Below, in pieces: positions 1-10,802 of a stretch of DNA of 64,000 nt (position 1 is its first letter; each line of letters starts with the position of its first letter). Origin of the DNA: Utricularia gibba (taxonomy: Eukaryota; Plantae; Magnoliophyta); contig NEEC01000004.1 in the NCBI GenBank assembly GCA_002189035.1, positions 5,580,001 through 5,644,000 of the forward strand, given 5' to 3'. Position numbers and translations under genes: made by a program. The notes under the pieces are model-generated. The model saw only the letters and a program-made list of their open reading frames with translations. It ran no database searches and had not been told where the DNA came from.

Positions 1-493
1 GTAAATAGGCATCAGAAGGGAAATCTCCTGTCATATTATTGTTGTACAAGTCGAGAACCTCGAGATTCTTGAGGCGGTAGAGCTCCGTTGGGAAGCTGTT
101 GTTGAAGACATTATTGGAAAGATTCAGATACCGGAGATTGGGGATGTCAGCGATTTCTGGGGGAAGCGAGCCAGATAGGGAGTTCACAGCAGCGGAGAAA
201 TGAACAAGGAACCGGAGCTGTCCGACTTGGGGTGAAAGAGAACCAGAAAGACTGAGATTTGAAATGTCAAGCGCCACCACCTGTCGGCCGGATGGATCAC
301 AGGTAACCCCTCTCCAGGAGCAGTGGTCGGTGGCTGAATTCCAAGATGCCAACTCCGTATGTGGGTCCTGGGTGATGGCCGCTTTTATGGAGAGCAAGGC
401 ATGGTACTCCGACATCCGCGGCGGCCTTGCGGCGGCGACGATGTGGGGGCGATGAAAATTGAGGAGGAGGAAGGAGAAGAAGAGGAAACGCAT
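1..493 (-). CDS. BAM1: BARELY ANY MERISTEM (BAM1/BAM2)-type LRR receptor kinase, N-terminal part; the gene runs off the window start
   Basis: Manual minus-strand translation from ATG 493: signal peptide MRFLFFSFLLL, LRR N-cap LASWNSATDHCSWRGVTCD, then LRRs LDISNLSLSGSLSP, YLNLSNNVFNNSFP, LEVLDLYNNNMTGDFP, matching the BAM1/2 pattern. Confidence 0.88.
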   Translation of the reverse strand, partial: MRFLFFSFLLLNFHRPHIVAAARPPRMSEYHALLSIKAAITQDPHTELASWNSATDHCSWRGVTCDPSGRQVVALDISNLSLSGSLSPQVGQLRFLVHFSAAVNSLSGSLPPEIADIPNLRYLNLSNNVFNNSFPTELYRLKNLEVLDLYNNNMTGDFPSDAYL

Positions 494-2251
494 TGCTCGT
501 GTTTCCAGGTATCCTCGGTGCTTCTGCATCGACTGTGCTGTGAAGTAGGAAGGGGATTGGAAAGTTTGGAGGAAGCGAAATTGCAAGTTGGTCCTCAAAC
601 AGTCGCATTTGCTGCATTTGACCCAAAATCCCAGGCAAATCCAGGATGGACCCCAGCAGTGCTTTCCTTCCTTCTAACTTTGTTCAGCACATTCATGACT
701 CACGAGCCTGGAGAGTCCCTTTCCGGGCCCCCGGCCTCACCTCGATGTCTTGGGGTCGGACTGTAATTTTGTGGAAGTGCGGGCAAAGCCCCAAACCGAA
801 ACTGGAGGGAGGGAAGGTTATTTTTATCAAAAGGAAGGGTCTTTTGGAAAAGTTGGGAATAATCCTTAAAGCAGGCAGGTTGTTGTTGGTTTTTAGTGGT
901 CAGCAAGCCTTGACAGGACAGGGAGGTAGCTGCTGCTTCTGCCAGAACTGCTAAATTTTCTCGTCTTTCCGACACTTTGCCTTTATCCCTTTTCCTTTTA
1001 CTTTGTTCCCAATCACACACCGGTCCGGTGCGGGGTTCTTCTTCGCCTCGAGTGGAGGCAAACACTCCCATGGAACCTCACCCAACAGCCTCGGCGGGTT
1101 GACTTGGATTGATTGCAGTGGACCACCGCAGAGCCAGGTGAAGGTCCATGTGTTCGGAGATGGAGTGAGTTGTGTATGCGCCTGCAAAGGGAAAGGGGCT
1201 ACTTATGCTTCTTTGATAAATAAATCATTTGGTCGACGCCCCGCCACAGAAAACTTGTCGCTGCCCCATGTTCCCTATTTATTTTAACCACAACGCCCTT
1301 CCTTATCCAGCTTCACTCAGACCGTGGTCCTGCCCCGCCCAGCCCATGCCAATGGTCGACACTCGGCAGTCGGCACACACACTCTCTCTCTACACGTTCA
1401 AACCTCGGCCTGCCTTGAAAGGAAGAAGAACCATCGCCCCCCCTGCTCACGCTTTGCAGACACAAACAGGGTGCTGCTGGCTGCGGCCTCAGTACTGTGT
1501 GTTCTCTTCTTGTTGCAGAGAAGCAAGCGTCACGAGTTGGGGACAACCATTTTGGCATGTATCGTGTCTTGGAGGGCACTAGTATGAACCCCGAGCTTAA
1601 AAGTCCGATGTGGGACTGACTGCTACTCCTGCAAATGGCGGCATCGCCTGGTCCTAACGAAGACCCTCGCTTTCCATGGCTGCTACCCAGCTGCGGGGAT
1701 GGAGGTTACGACACTCATTTTAGAGGTGCTTATGTAGTTAGTGACTCTCCCGACAAGATTATTCATTCTGTCCTTTGCTTTCCTCCCATACGAAAGATGG
1801 ATAGAGCATTGTTCAAAGCAACAGAAACTCTTCAATAGCTCCGAAACATGCATCATAAATGTTGGCGTTTCTTCATTCCCCTGATGACATCATGCGCTTC
1901 AAGAGCATCTAATCTACCCCTGTTTTTGGTAATTGGCTTGCTTCATAACCAGAAGCAACTGGCTTGATTCAGATCTTTTTAGGCGACCTTGTATCTTGAA
2001 CAAAGATAGTTCCCTTTGAAGGAAAAGCGCGACTTATCCCACACCGGTGATAGGAACCTTGAAATATGTGTCATATTTCAAAAGGCTTCCTTTTTTGCAT
2101 AAGGCTCGCCTTTTTTAAGTGATTGCTTCTCGAATCACAAGATCGAAGTAAATTGTACTGCAAACCCATATCAAAACAAGAAGGAAAGGGAACATGTGTG
2201 ACACAAAGGGAAGGGGGCATAGCCTGATTACAAATACTATTGTGAAAATGA

Positions 2252-2927
2252 CTAATTGCTTAGAATCTCAGTGTCTTCCCTGAGAGCTGACTGGAGAGCA
2301 GCGGTGATGTCTTGGGCAGAGAGGACATCGAGAAATTCTTGGTTCATCTACCAAACACAACACAACACAGACGTGTCTGTTCAGTTTTAAGGAAAAAAAG
2401 AAAAGAAACACCGAGAACAATGGGTTGGGTTTGGGTTCACCTCAGCCACGATGATGATGTGAAGGAGCGAATCCCCGAAGGGCACAACGTTGACGCTAAC
2501 GACATTGAGATTGAAATTGTCCAGCTCATACAGAACCTTGACCAATAACCTTTTGCGCTTCATGCAGTGTAGTCTGAGGAGCATGCTTTGGTTATTATAC
2601 ACTCTGGCTTCGATTTCCGGCAGCCAGTGGCCCATGGCGTCGTCGCTTGGATGCTCCATCGCTTGGGATTCTTCAAGCAGCTTCACTCTGTGGGTGAGGT
2701 GATTTATTGAATCGATGAGTTCCCCGAGAAGAGAAGCATGGAAGCCTTGTTTTTCCTCTACTTCGCTCCCCATCCAAAGTAAATGGGGCTTCGACTTCGA
2801 CATTTGCGGTGGCTAAGGGGAGGATATAAAGCCACAGGTATGGAGCTATGACAGATGCCGTGGGTATGAGGGAAACCACGATCGAGCAAACACATACGGG
2901 AAACCAATAGACGTAGAATGAATCCAT
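2252..2927 (-). CDS. Truncated bHLH18/25-like protein (helix 2 + ACT-like domain only), 3 exons, about 165 aa, intact reading frame
   Basis: Exons 2927-2898, 2812-2441 and 2347-2252 with GT-AG introns of 85 and 93 nt splice in frame. The product has ASLLGELIDSINHLTHRVKLLEE (helix 2) and LPEIEARV..LRLHC..VVSVNVVPFG..IIIVAE|MNQEF (ACT-like), but no H-E-R basic region. Confidence 0.72.
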
Positions 2928-3342
2928 TCATCATCTTTGGCATTACTCACTCACTCCTCCAAGTTCACGTTTACTGTTTGCTCGTGTCTCAACAGCGCAC
3001 ATGTTCGCCTTCTATTCAAATCTATGCAAGAAGTCATTCTTTCTTTTTAAGTTGAAGTGTCTGCAGCTTTAACCGCGAGGGATACCTCGTTTTCTTCTTA
3101 TGACTTGGGTGGTTTGTCACCCTCACCGTGCAGAAGTAAACAATCAAGCGACTTTCGATCTGGTAGCTTTACTCCGCCGATTATTAGACTGAGTAAGATC
3201 TTCGGGTTTGATCTTGATCATAGAGCATTTAAGTACTCATAAAAGACCACTCCTTTCTAATAAAATGTTGAAAATGCAAATGTATCCGTCGACATCATCA
3301 TCGATCTTATGAGGGGAACAGGAGTGTCTTTTCATATGATGG

Positions 3343-4578
3343 TTATGCGGGGGGTTGGAGGGCGGCGCGTAGTCTTCTGGCGATCTCTTTCACCGTGGCA
3401 TTGAATTCTTTCTCCATCTAAAACAACCACACACAGAAAGCAGCATGGATTTGCGTTAGTTACTTGTCATTTATCACCACGGCGGCGAGTGACGTGGAAT
3501 TTGAAGTTACCTCCGCGGTGATGGTGATGTCGAGGACCAGACCACCCAAGGCGGTGAGATTGGTGGTGACCACCGCGAGATGGAGATCCTCCACCTGCCT
3601 CAGTAAATTCACCAGTACCCCTTTCTGAATCTGGCAATGGATCCTCAAAATCACGAAGCGCTCCTTAATCCTCGCCTCCACCGCTGGGAGTGCCTGCTCT
3701 TCTTCTTCTTCTTCTTCTTCTTCTTCCATATATCCCCTCCCTTGTTCTCCGCAAATCCAATGATATGGGATTTTTTCACCATCACCGCTGAATCCCTCGG
3801 CTGGTTCCCTGCTCTTGCTTCCAATCTCTCTACCTGTTCTTGTAGGTGCTTCAGGTAGTTAATTGCACACCCCAGAACCGAATTTTTATCCATCTGCATC
3901 AGCGGGTACTTAGATAAGATCGACATCATAACTGAGCAGTGAAGGATTTTTGTAAGAGACAAAGAAACCTTCTTGATGCCCGGAACAACGGTGGAGAGAG
4001 TAATGAAACGCTGGCTCAGGAGCTCTCGGCGCTTCCTTTCAGCGATAATGTGGTCGTAGGTCTGTGAGGGTGGCCTGATTCTCTTGGTTTTCTTACTCAG
4101 CTGCGTTGCTGCAGCTTCAGATTGATATTCACTTCCTGGCGCAGCATTGGAACAACACCTTAATGCCTCCGAAACAGCGGCTTCCTCTTCCGGGCTCAAC
4201 TCTGCCCTGTTTCGTCTATTCTCACTGTTTTTTAGATCCCCATTGTTGCTCCCGAAGCTGAGAATCATCGGGCTAGAACAAGCTCTGCGCAGGTTCTTCT
4301 TCATGCTTCCAGCCTTCTTCTTCTTCTTCCTCTTGGTCTTCATTAGCTCCAGGGGCTCCGGCTCGGGGTGGGGTGGAGCTGCAAGGCATGCCTCCAAACC
4401 CTGCTGGAGAAGAGCGAGCTCATCTTCATCCAACATGTCATCGATAAAATCATCCACAAAAACAGAGCTTTCCAATCCCTGCAACACAGAAAATTGAGCT
4501 ACTGAGGAGTTTTGGCATGCAGCGAAGATCCGGAGTAGCCGTTTGTTTTACCATTTCAGACAGAACATAGGAATCCAT
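3343..4578 (-). CDS. bHLH25: bHLH transcription factor, bHLH18/19/20/25 (subgroup IVa) type, with a 1-nt frameshift in exon 3 as assembled
   Basis: Exons 4578-4552, 4481-3969, 3893-3511 and 3417-3343. DHIIAERKRRELLSQRFITLSTVVPGIKK|MDKNSVLGCAINYLKHLQEQVERLE is followed, in another frame, by LPAVEARIKERFVILRIHCQIQKG (ACT-like). Exon 3 is 383 nt, one base short of a multiple of 3. Confidence 0.85.
3698..3726. repeat. (CTT/AAG)n microsatellite in bHLH exon 3, read as poly-Glu or poly-Lys depending on frame
   Basis: About 9-10 direct CTT units are visible. Confidence 0.9.
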
Positions 4579-6379
4579 CTCCCCCTCCAGTGAACGCACC
4601 ACTGATTTCCTCTCCAGCTCCGGAATCCCAAGTGGATGAATGAATATATAACCTGCACAGAAACTGAAGTTTCTTCTTCTTTTTTTTTTCTTTGTGTTTT
4701 AAGATGTGATTGAAATGCAGACATGTTCTGACAAGCTTTTCCCCATGCGTCACGTCGCCAATGTTAGGTCAAATTGGACATTGGATTGTGTAAACAAAAT
4801 GAGAATTTCACACGTGATGTTTCGCTTGCTAAATGAATAACAAGCACATAAAATAAATGTAATGCCGGGGGTATATCGTGTGGTATCTTTTGTCTGAATG
4901 AGCCGAGGGCTGATGTCAACTTCAGGATTTGGATTCCCCAGAACTCTCAATTATTAGGTGACGACAAAAGATAATACCAGAAATACCCTCGGCATTCCGG
5001 AAACACCCTCCCCCCTGATGCCCTCGCGCTCCCTCCCGGTGTCCGGTTGGTGGCATCTTTAATATTCCGTCAAACCGGGTGGGCTCCGAAGCGCCTTCCA
5101 CCGTCTAAAACCATATTCTGTCGAGCAGAGGGCAGGGCCGACTGCCCACATGATTCACGTCCTCGTCTACGCTACTTTACTTGCTGTGTCAGTGTGCAAC
5201 CAAACAAGCAACTGCGGGTTCATCCTTCACCCAGATGGAGTTTTCTGTTTGAAGAGGCACAAATCAAACAGGCGGAAATGGGTTGAGTCAGTGAAGCCAG
5301 CCAGAACCAGTTGTTTCCCGTGTCATTCTGGGAGCCACGCTTGCAGGGCTAATGCAGGTTCAGAAAGTGAGGAGAGCTGCTTGGCCTCGGGCTGGAACCA
5401 TCATCCCTTAATCTTGCCTGATTAGTGGCTCGGTTATGGTCTCCCCCTCGCTGGCGACATACTAGTGAAAAACTATAGAATTTCCCTAGCCCACTTGTTA
5501 GGAGCCTCCCTGGAATCTGCTTGCATGAATGTCTTTTGCACAACCTGATCCGACAATGATTCATGTCCCGATCCCAGATCCCAGATAAGAAAGTCTAAAG
5601 CCTACGTTCATTCATCAAACATGTCTGAATCCAAAAGCCTTGCCACCATCATCAGCCACCCATTCCAAAGTTGCAATTTATGCAGAAAATGCAAACCTTT
5701 TTCTCTTAGCTTCACAGCAACAAGGAATACTGCAAAAAAAAAAAAAAAAGAGAGTTTGGAAAAACAAGGTGTACCTGCGATACCAAGGTCACAGGAAAGT
5801 AGAATCCCATCACTCGCGCGTTTCCTATAACAGTGCAGTTTTATCCAGACGATGGCTCACCGAGTCAGCAAAACACCAACCAAGCTCCCATTAGGGAAAA
5901 AAATTCGGTTTTTAAAACTACAGCATTGTATGCAAGTGGGGTGCAAAAATGGAATCATTTGCAAACAAAGTATTTTTAACTAGTGAGAGTTTTTATAATC
6001 AACTCTGCATAACGTGAAAGGCAACAACCACCAACACATGAGTTGCAGAAGTCGGCTGAAGCACTACCCAAATATATATATATAAGGTCATGGCAATGGT
6101 TGTTCAAACTCAAAATTTTCAAAAGCATCACTTAACTCCCTCAAACTGGGTTCAACAACTGCTTGCACGAGATACACATGGCAATAACTCATGAAATAAC
6201 CCGTTTCTATCTCTTACCGCAGCCTCATCAACAACTCCAATGACCATGACTGCTACTGTTCCCTCTGCACATACAGTCACTAGTATTCAATTGTCTCTTC
6301 AAGCATTTAAGAATGATCGCATCTTGCATTCAGATCTCAACTTGAACGAAATGGCTGAATGTGGCCTTGATCTGGAGTA

Positions 6380-7795
6380 TTAAACGGAGATGATATCAGC
6401 ATCGCTGCTTTCACTGCCGCTTCCACTACCGCTACCGCTACCACTCCCACTCCCACTGTCGCTGCTGCTGCTCTCACTCCCACTGCTGCTTTCGGAACTT
6501 GAAGTTTGACTCTTTTGTCCTTGTGCATGCACTTGGGCTCGTAGTTCTTCGGCAGCATTCGTTCGCTTATCAGCTTCACCATCACTAGCATCAATATCAG
6601 CAATCTCATCGTCTGTATCAACTTGATGCGGCTTGTTGATATCAAAATCAAGTTCTTTCACAAAAATGGACCCTCCGACAGTGGCTGCATCATCGTTAGT
6701 ATCCATTATATCCAAGGGCTCGTCCTGGTCGTCATTCTTTGAGTTGGAGTTCGGAACTCCTGAAGTTAGTTGAACGGTAGGTGGGTGTTCGATGGTCTTC
6801 TCCCTTCCCGGCTTCGCATCTGATTGCAAACACAAAAATTCAGGAAGAATTATATGCAAGTTATACAACACGTTGATAAACCCTCTGCATACCTGAGGCC
6901 TTGAAATCTCCTACCTCAATTCGCTCAATTTCAACCTGGGTGAAAGAGAAGGGTTCAATATCTCTAAATTTCAAGAAACTACATGAACAGCATTAGAGCA
7001 TTTAACGAACTTTCATCATGGTCGTGAATAAGAAACAAAAACTTTCATAAAGTACAAATAAAACATCAGCAAAACTACTTAGCAAAAAGAATGACCTCTA
7101 ACAAAGTAGTCTATCATCTACGCCCGTTCTATAATGCCTCAAATTTGCGAGGAATCCATTCCAAAGTCTAAGCAACATAAAAGTTACCGTCTTTCTCTAG
7201 TTAAAGAATGCAAAAGGTAAACACGCACCGACACTGGAAGATACAGGTCCTTGCTCAGAGGGGCATGCTTAGCGACTTTCCCAACAGGTGGAGAACATGC
7301 ATCGGTGTGAGAAGCTGATGAAGCAGCAGCCCCTGAAGACTCCCCGAACGCCCTGTTGTGTCTCAGCCGCTTAACAGCACGGTGCAAGCGCTCCAAGCGA
7401 AATGATTCCCCATCGAAAAAGAGAACTGCATCATTGTCTTTATGATCCTCACTGGTGCCCTCGAATATCACTTTAGGCTTTCCAGGCTGAATATTTTGAA
7501 ATTCAACTGTGACCTTATTATCCTTGCCCTTGTGCAATGTACCCCGTTGATTCTTATCAATCGAAGCTGGCTTGAAGTCGTCTAATACACACAACAAAAC
7601 ACTGAGCCTCGTAATTTAAGAACCACGAACACCGTATCATACGCAATTCACGAACACGGGCAGGGGAAGCTTACAGCGAAAAGTGCAGAATTTTGAGGGG
7701 TTATGATCCTTGAAGGAGGAGCCTAGGGTTAGATTGTACCACCGATCCGCTTGCGGCGCAGTGCTTGGCTCGTTGTTGCTGTTGATTCCAGCCAT
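6380..7795 (-). CDS. EAF: ELL-associated factor (EAF), RNA Pol II elongation factor, 4 exons
   Basis: MAGINSNNEPSTAPQADRWYNLTLGSSF..FCTFR | DFKPASIDKNQRGTLHKGKDNKVTVEFQNIQPGKPKVIFEG..AVLFFDGESFRLERLHRAVKRLRH, plus an acidic Ser/Gly-rich C-terminus; GT-AG junctions found. Confidence 0.88.
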
Positions 7796-8055
7796 CTTTG
7801 ATCCGCTCCCCAACCGCCGATTCAGTGGCAAAGGGTGACTTTTGGGTTGAAACTCCTCGACGCCCGCTCGTCTATGTGCTGCCGCCGATTTTCTAGAAAT
7901 ACGTACAACAAATAAACTGCGTATATGCGGGAGTGGGGCCCGTTTGAATGAGAACGTTGGAGGGAGTTTGACTTTTTTGCCCTTGTGTGTAATCAGACCG
8001 TTGGGTTGCGATTTAAATGCCCCCTCTGCACTCTGGGCTCATCACCTCATCATCG

Positions 8056-8651
8056 ATGACGGTGGTGAGCGGCAGCAATGCCTCTCCGACGCCTTGTAAA
8101 TCGGACACCCATCATCACTCTCTCCCAAAAATCGTCATGAAGAGAGGTCCCAGATTCGGGAGTACTCTGCTCTCAGAGACAACAGGCTCCGGATGAAGAG
8201 CAATCAGCCGCATCGCCGGCAAATGGCAGAAGCCGGGCAAATTGCATTATCTCGCTCCATTTTGACTCCCCCCAGCAACCATCCGAATTCCAAACTGGGT
8301 CAGGATTTCATAACGCCGCCACTGCGGAGGTCTGAGTTTAAATGCCCCTCTCCTCTAACGCATTCTGTGCCCGATTTCTCTCATTCCTTGAGGAAGGAGA
8401 ATCGGAAGCCTGTGACGGTGCTTCCTCCATCTCCTTCGAAAAAATCTTTGACTCCGCCGCTGGGACAATCTGCCAAAGCACTTCATGGGAAGAAGATGGG
8501 AGCAGGGACTACTAGTAAGTCGGCGGCCAAGAGTTTGATGACTCGAAAGAGCTGCGCAACCATGGAGGAATTCAGAGGCTTGGGCGCTGCTGCTGCCCGT
8601 GCCATTAAGGGAGAAAGGAGTGTTGGCAGCTACAAGCAGCAGTATTACTAG
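8056..8651 (+). CDS. Uncharacterised plant protein (RGPR..YSALR..RLRMK / SVPDFS..LRKENRKP family), single exon, with a 1-nt frameshift near 8157 as assembled
   Basis: The frame from ATG 8056 gives ..MKRGPRF and the adjacent frame continues REYSALRDNRLRMK..HSVPDFSHSLRKENRKP..RKSCATMEEFRGL. The downstream frame is closed by TAA at 8097-8099. Confidence 0.68.
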
Positions 8652-10139
8652 CTTTTTAACTTGCTCCATGCTCTTTTAATTTTACACTGTTCGCCAACTG
8701 ATTGTTCTTGGAAGGAGTTGTTGGTGAATGATGGAGAAGAAAAGAAGCGGTCGAAGATTACAAAGTACCAAGCCGATGAATTACGAGATGGATTGATGAT
8801 GTCGCGAGAGAAAGGAGAACAGGAAGAGGAGCGCCTGCTGAGTGAAGGAGACGAGGCCGAAGATAAGATAGACCCCAGGTTCCTGACTCAAGAGTCCAAA
8901 AGTGTTAAGAAGCCAGTGTCGAAGCCCATCTATGTTGCAGACCAGCCCAACGACCCATGTGAAACAAGACCTGCCCAAGATGCCATATGGAGAAGATGTC
9001 TGGCAGCAACTAAACGACATGACAACGGCTAGTTTACTCTCTACAAATACATGTTACTGCACCCCTGAATAAAAGCAAAAAAAAAACCCCACAACAACGT
9101 GTTCACAAGCTTTCCAAAATACTCTCCAAAGTCCTCCTTCTCAATTCATCAACATTGTTCGAGCTCTCAACAGGAGTGTCCTGGTTTGAAAGACTCTAGA
9201 ACAATGATTCTTATACTTGTTATATTCTAGAATGCATCATGAAAACAAGAAATGGATACATCTCAATTCCATTCACGAATTTTCTAGCCTTCATTGTCGA
9301 CAACTGGTTTAGCCTTGGAGTCCCGAATATCAGGAAATGGTTCTTGAGAACGCAGACAGAGACAACAGAAATGGGCCAAAAGAGGGAAATCAAGAAAAAC
9401 GGTATCAATCTAACTGCTGGAAAGACAACTCTTGGTTAAAAACTGAAGGACATATCCAGGGCTACCATGCTAACAGTCAAGTGGGCTGTGAACGGAGAGC
9501 TCACCATAACTGGATTTTTGACCAGAGAAGTATTGAATAAGCCATACTCCAAGGGGAAAAATTGGATTCAAAAGGCATGATTTTGAAGACTCCAATCGCC
9601 AGGATCACGTCAGGAACCCATACCTCGCTTCTCAAAAGCAAAAGCAGTGTGAAAGATTTCCATATGCTGCAAGTTGAAGAAGCAAGTAACTCTTGTATCC
9701 ATGGATGATGAAAACAAGGCTCAATCGTCTGATTGGCAGATGAGACTTGAGAGCAAACATGTTTACTGTATAGATGTTGTCGCACTTGGAAAATAATAAC
9801 ATGCGAGAATAATTTAATGTGTTTGTTTGCATGGCGCTTGTTTCATGTGCCATCTACATGGGGCCATACAGCACCGCCTCCGTTGAAGGTAGATTAGATC
9901 TTAGATCTGGCTGCTGCTATCAACTTGATTACAAAAAAATTCACGCAGCTTCTAAATTTCTGGGTTCGGCTTACTACTCTACGAGTTCACATTTGATTTC
10001 ATATTCGATTCCGAGTCTCTCTCACACCTGATACCATGTGATCGTCAGACGTCAACAGTTCAACTGATTGCATAGAAATCGTGAGATCAGAGAGTAAAGT
10101 ATGGTAGGCCCGAATCAAAAAATCAGAACTTAAATGAAT

Positions 10140-10802
10140 TCAGTTCTTCTTCTTTGTCCGGCCGGAAAACATGGAACCGAGGCCAAAGAGATTTGCCGGA
10201 GGGACATTGAGCAGGGGGCTGAATTTCATACCATAGTTGTAGTTGCTGGAATTGTTCTTCTTCAATGGGGGTCTCGCGTAATAATAACCGGCGCCGCTGT
10301 TGGGTTGCGGCTGTTGTTTCTGCTGGTTCTTGAAATGCTGCTGCTTTTGCCCACCTGCCCGTTTCCCAGTGGCGGCGGAGCCCGTCGAGTAGCTTCTGGA
10401 CAAGAGGGGCAATGGACAAAGTGTCCCGCCTAGGCCGTGTCCCCCTCCGGAATTCATGCTAGAGCTACGTCTGAATTTCCAGAAAGACTTGGGCTTTTCT
10501 TCACTCGTTTCAACCAGGCTCTGGCTCTTGGTTGCGTGGTTCACTCTAGAACCTGTGTTCGGTGGGGGTGCCGCTAGCGGCGTGGGAAGCTTATTCTTGA
10601 TTTGAACCGGGAGGATCTTTCCGTCGGAGAATAGCTCATCGGCGGAGGAAGGTTCGCAGTTAAAGGTGTCACGTAATGCGCAGAAATCGAAATCGACGGT
10701 CGCCGGCGCCGGAATGTACGTACCCTCGACTGGAAATTGGGAAAGATCATGGGAAAAGGAGATCCGAGGGCTATCTGGGAAAACATGGATCGCCCCTGCC
10801 AT
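10140..10802 (-). CDS. DUF1645 / membrane-associated kinase regulator-like protein, intronless
   Basis: SPRISFSHDL, DFDFC, SSADELFSDGKILP, KSFWKFRRSSS, LPLLSRSYSTGS, SPLLNVP and a basic C-terminus, as remembered for this family. The start is taken at the Met before SPRISFS, although the frame is open further upstream. Confidence 0.75.
   Translation of the reverse strand: MAGAIHVFPDSPRISFSHDLSQFPVEGTYIPAPATVDFDFCALRDTFNCEPSSADELFSDGKILPVQIKNKLPTPLAAPPPNTGSRVNHATKSQSLVETSEEKPKSFWKFRRSSSMNSGGGHGLGGTLCPLPLLSRSYSTGSAATGKRAGGQKQQHFKNQQKQQPQPNSGAGYYYARPPLKKNNSSNYNYGMKFSPLLNVPPANLFGLGSMFSGRTKKKN

Noticed and set aside
3000-3330. Possible organellar insertion between the two bHLH genes
   Set aside because: No plastid or mitochondrial gene is recognisable; only a BLAST search could support it.
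4147-4497. Plus-strand ORF over bHLH exon 2, and similar antisense ORFs over KCS6, GGPPS, RBCS, FPP and SMXL3
   Set aside because: They lie opposite well-supported CDSs and show no recognisable domains.
9050-10050. Short hydrophobic ORFs suggesting a membrane-protein remnant
   Set aside because: No consistent frame or splice model could be built.
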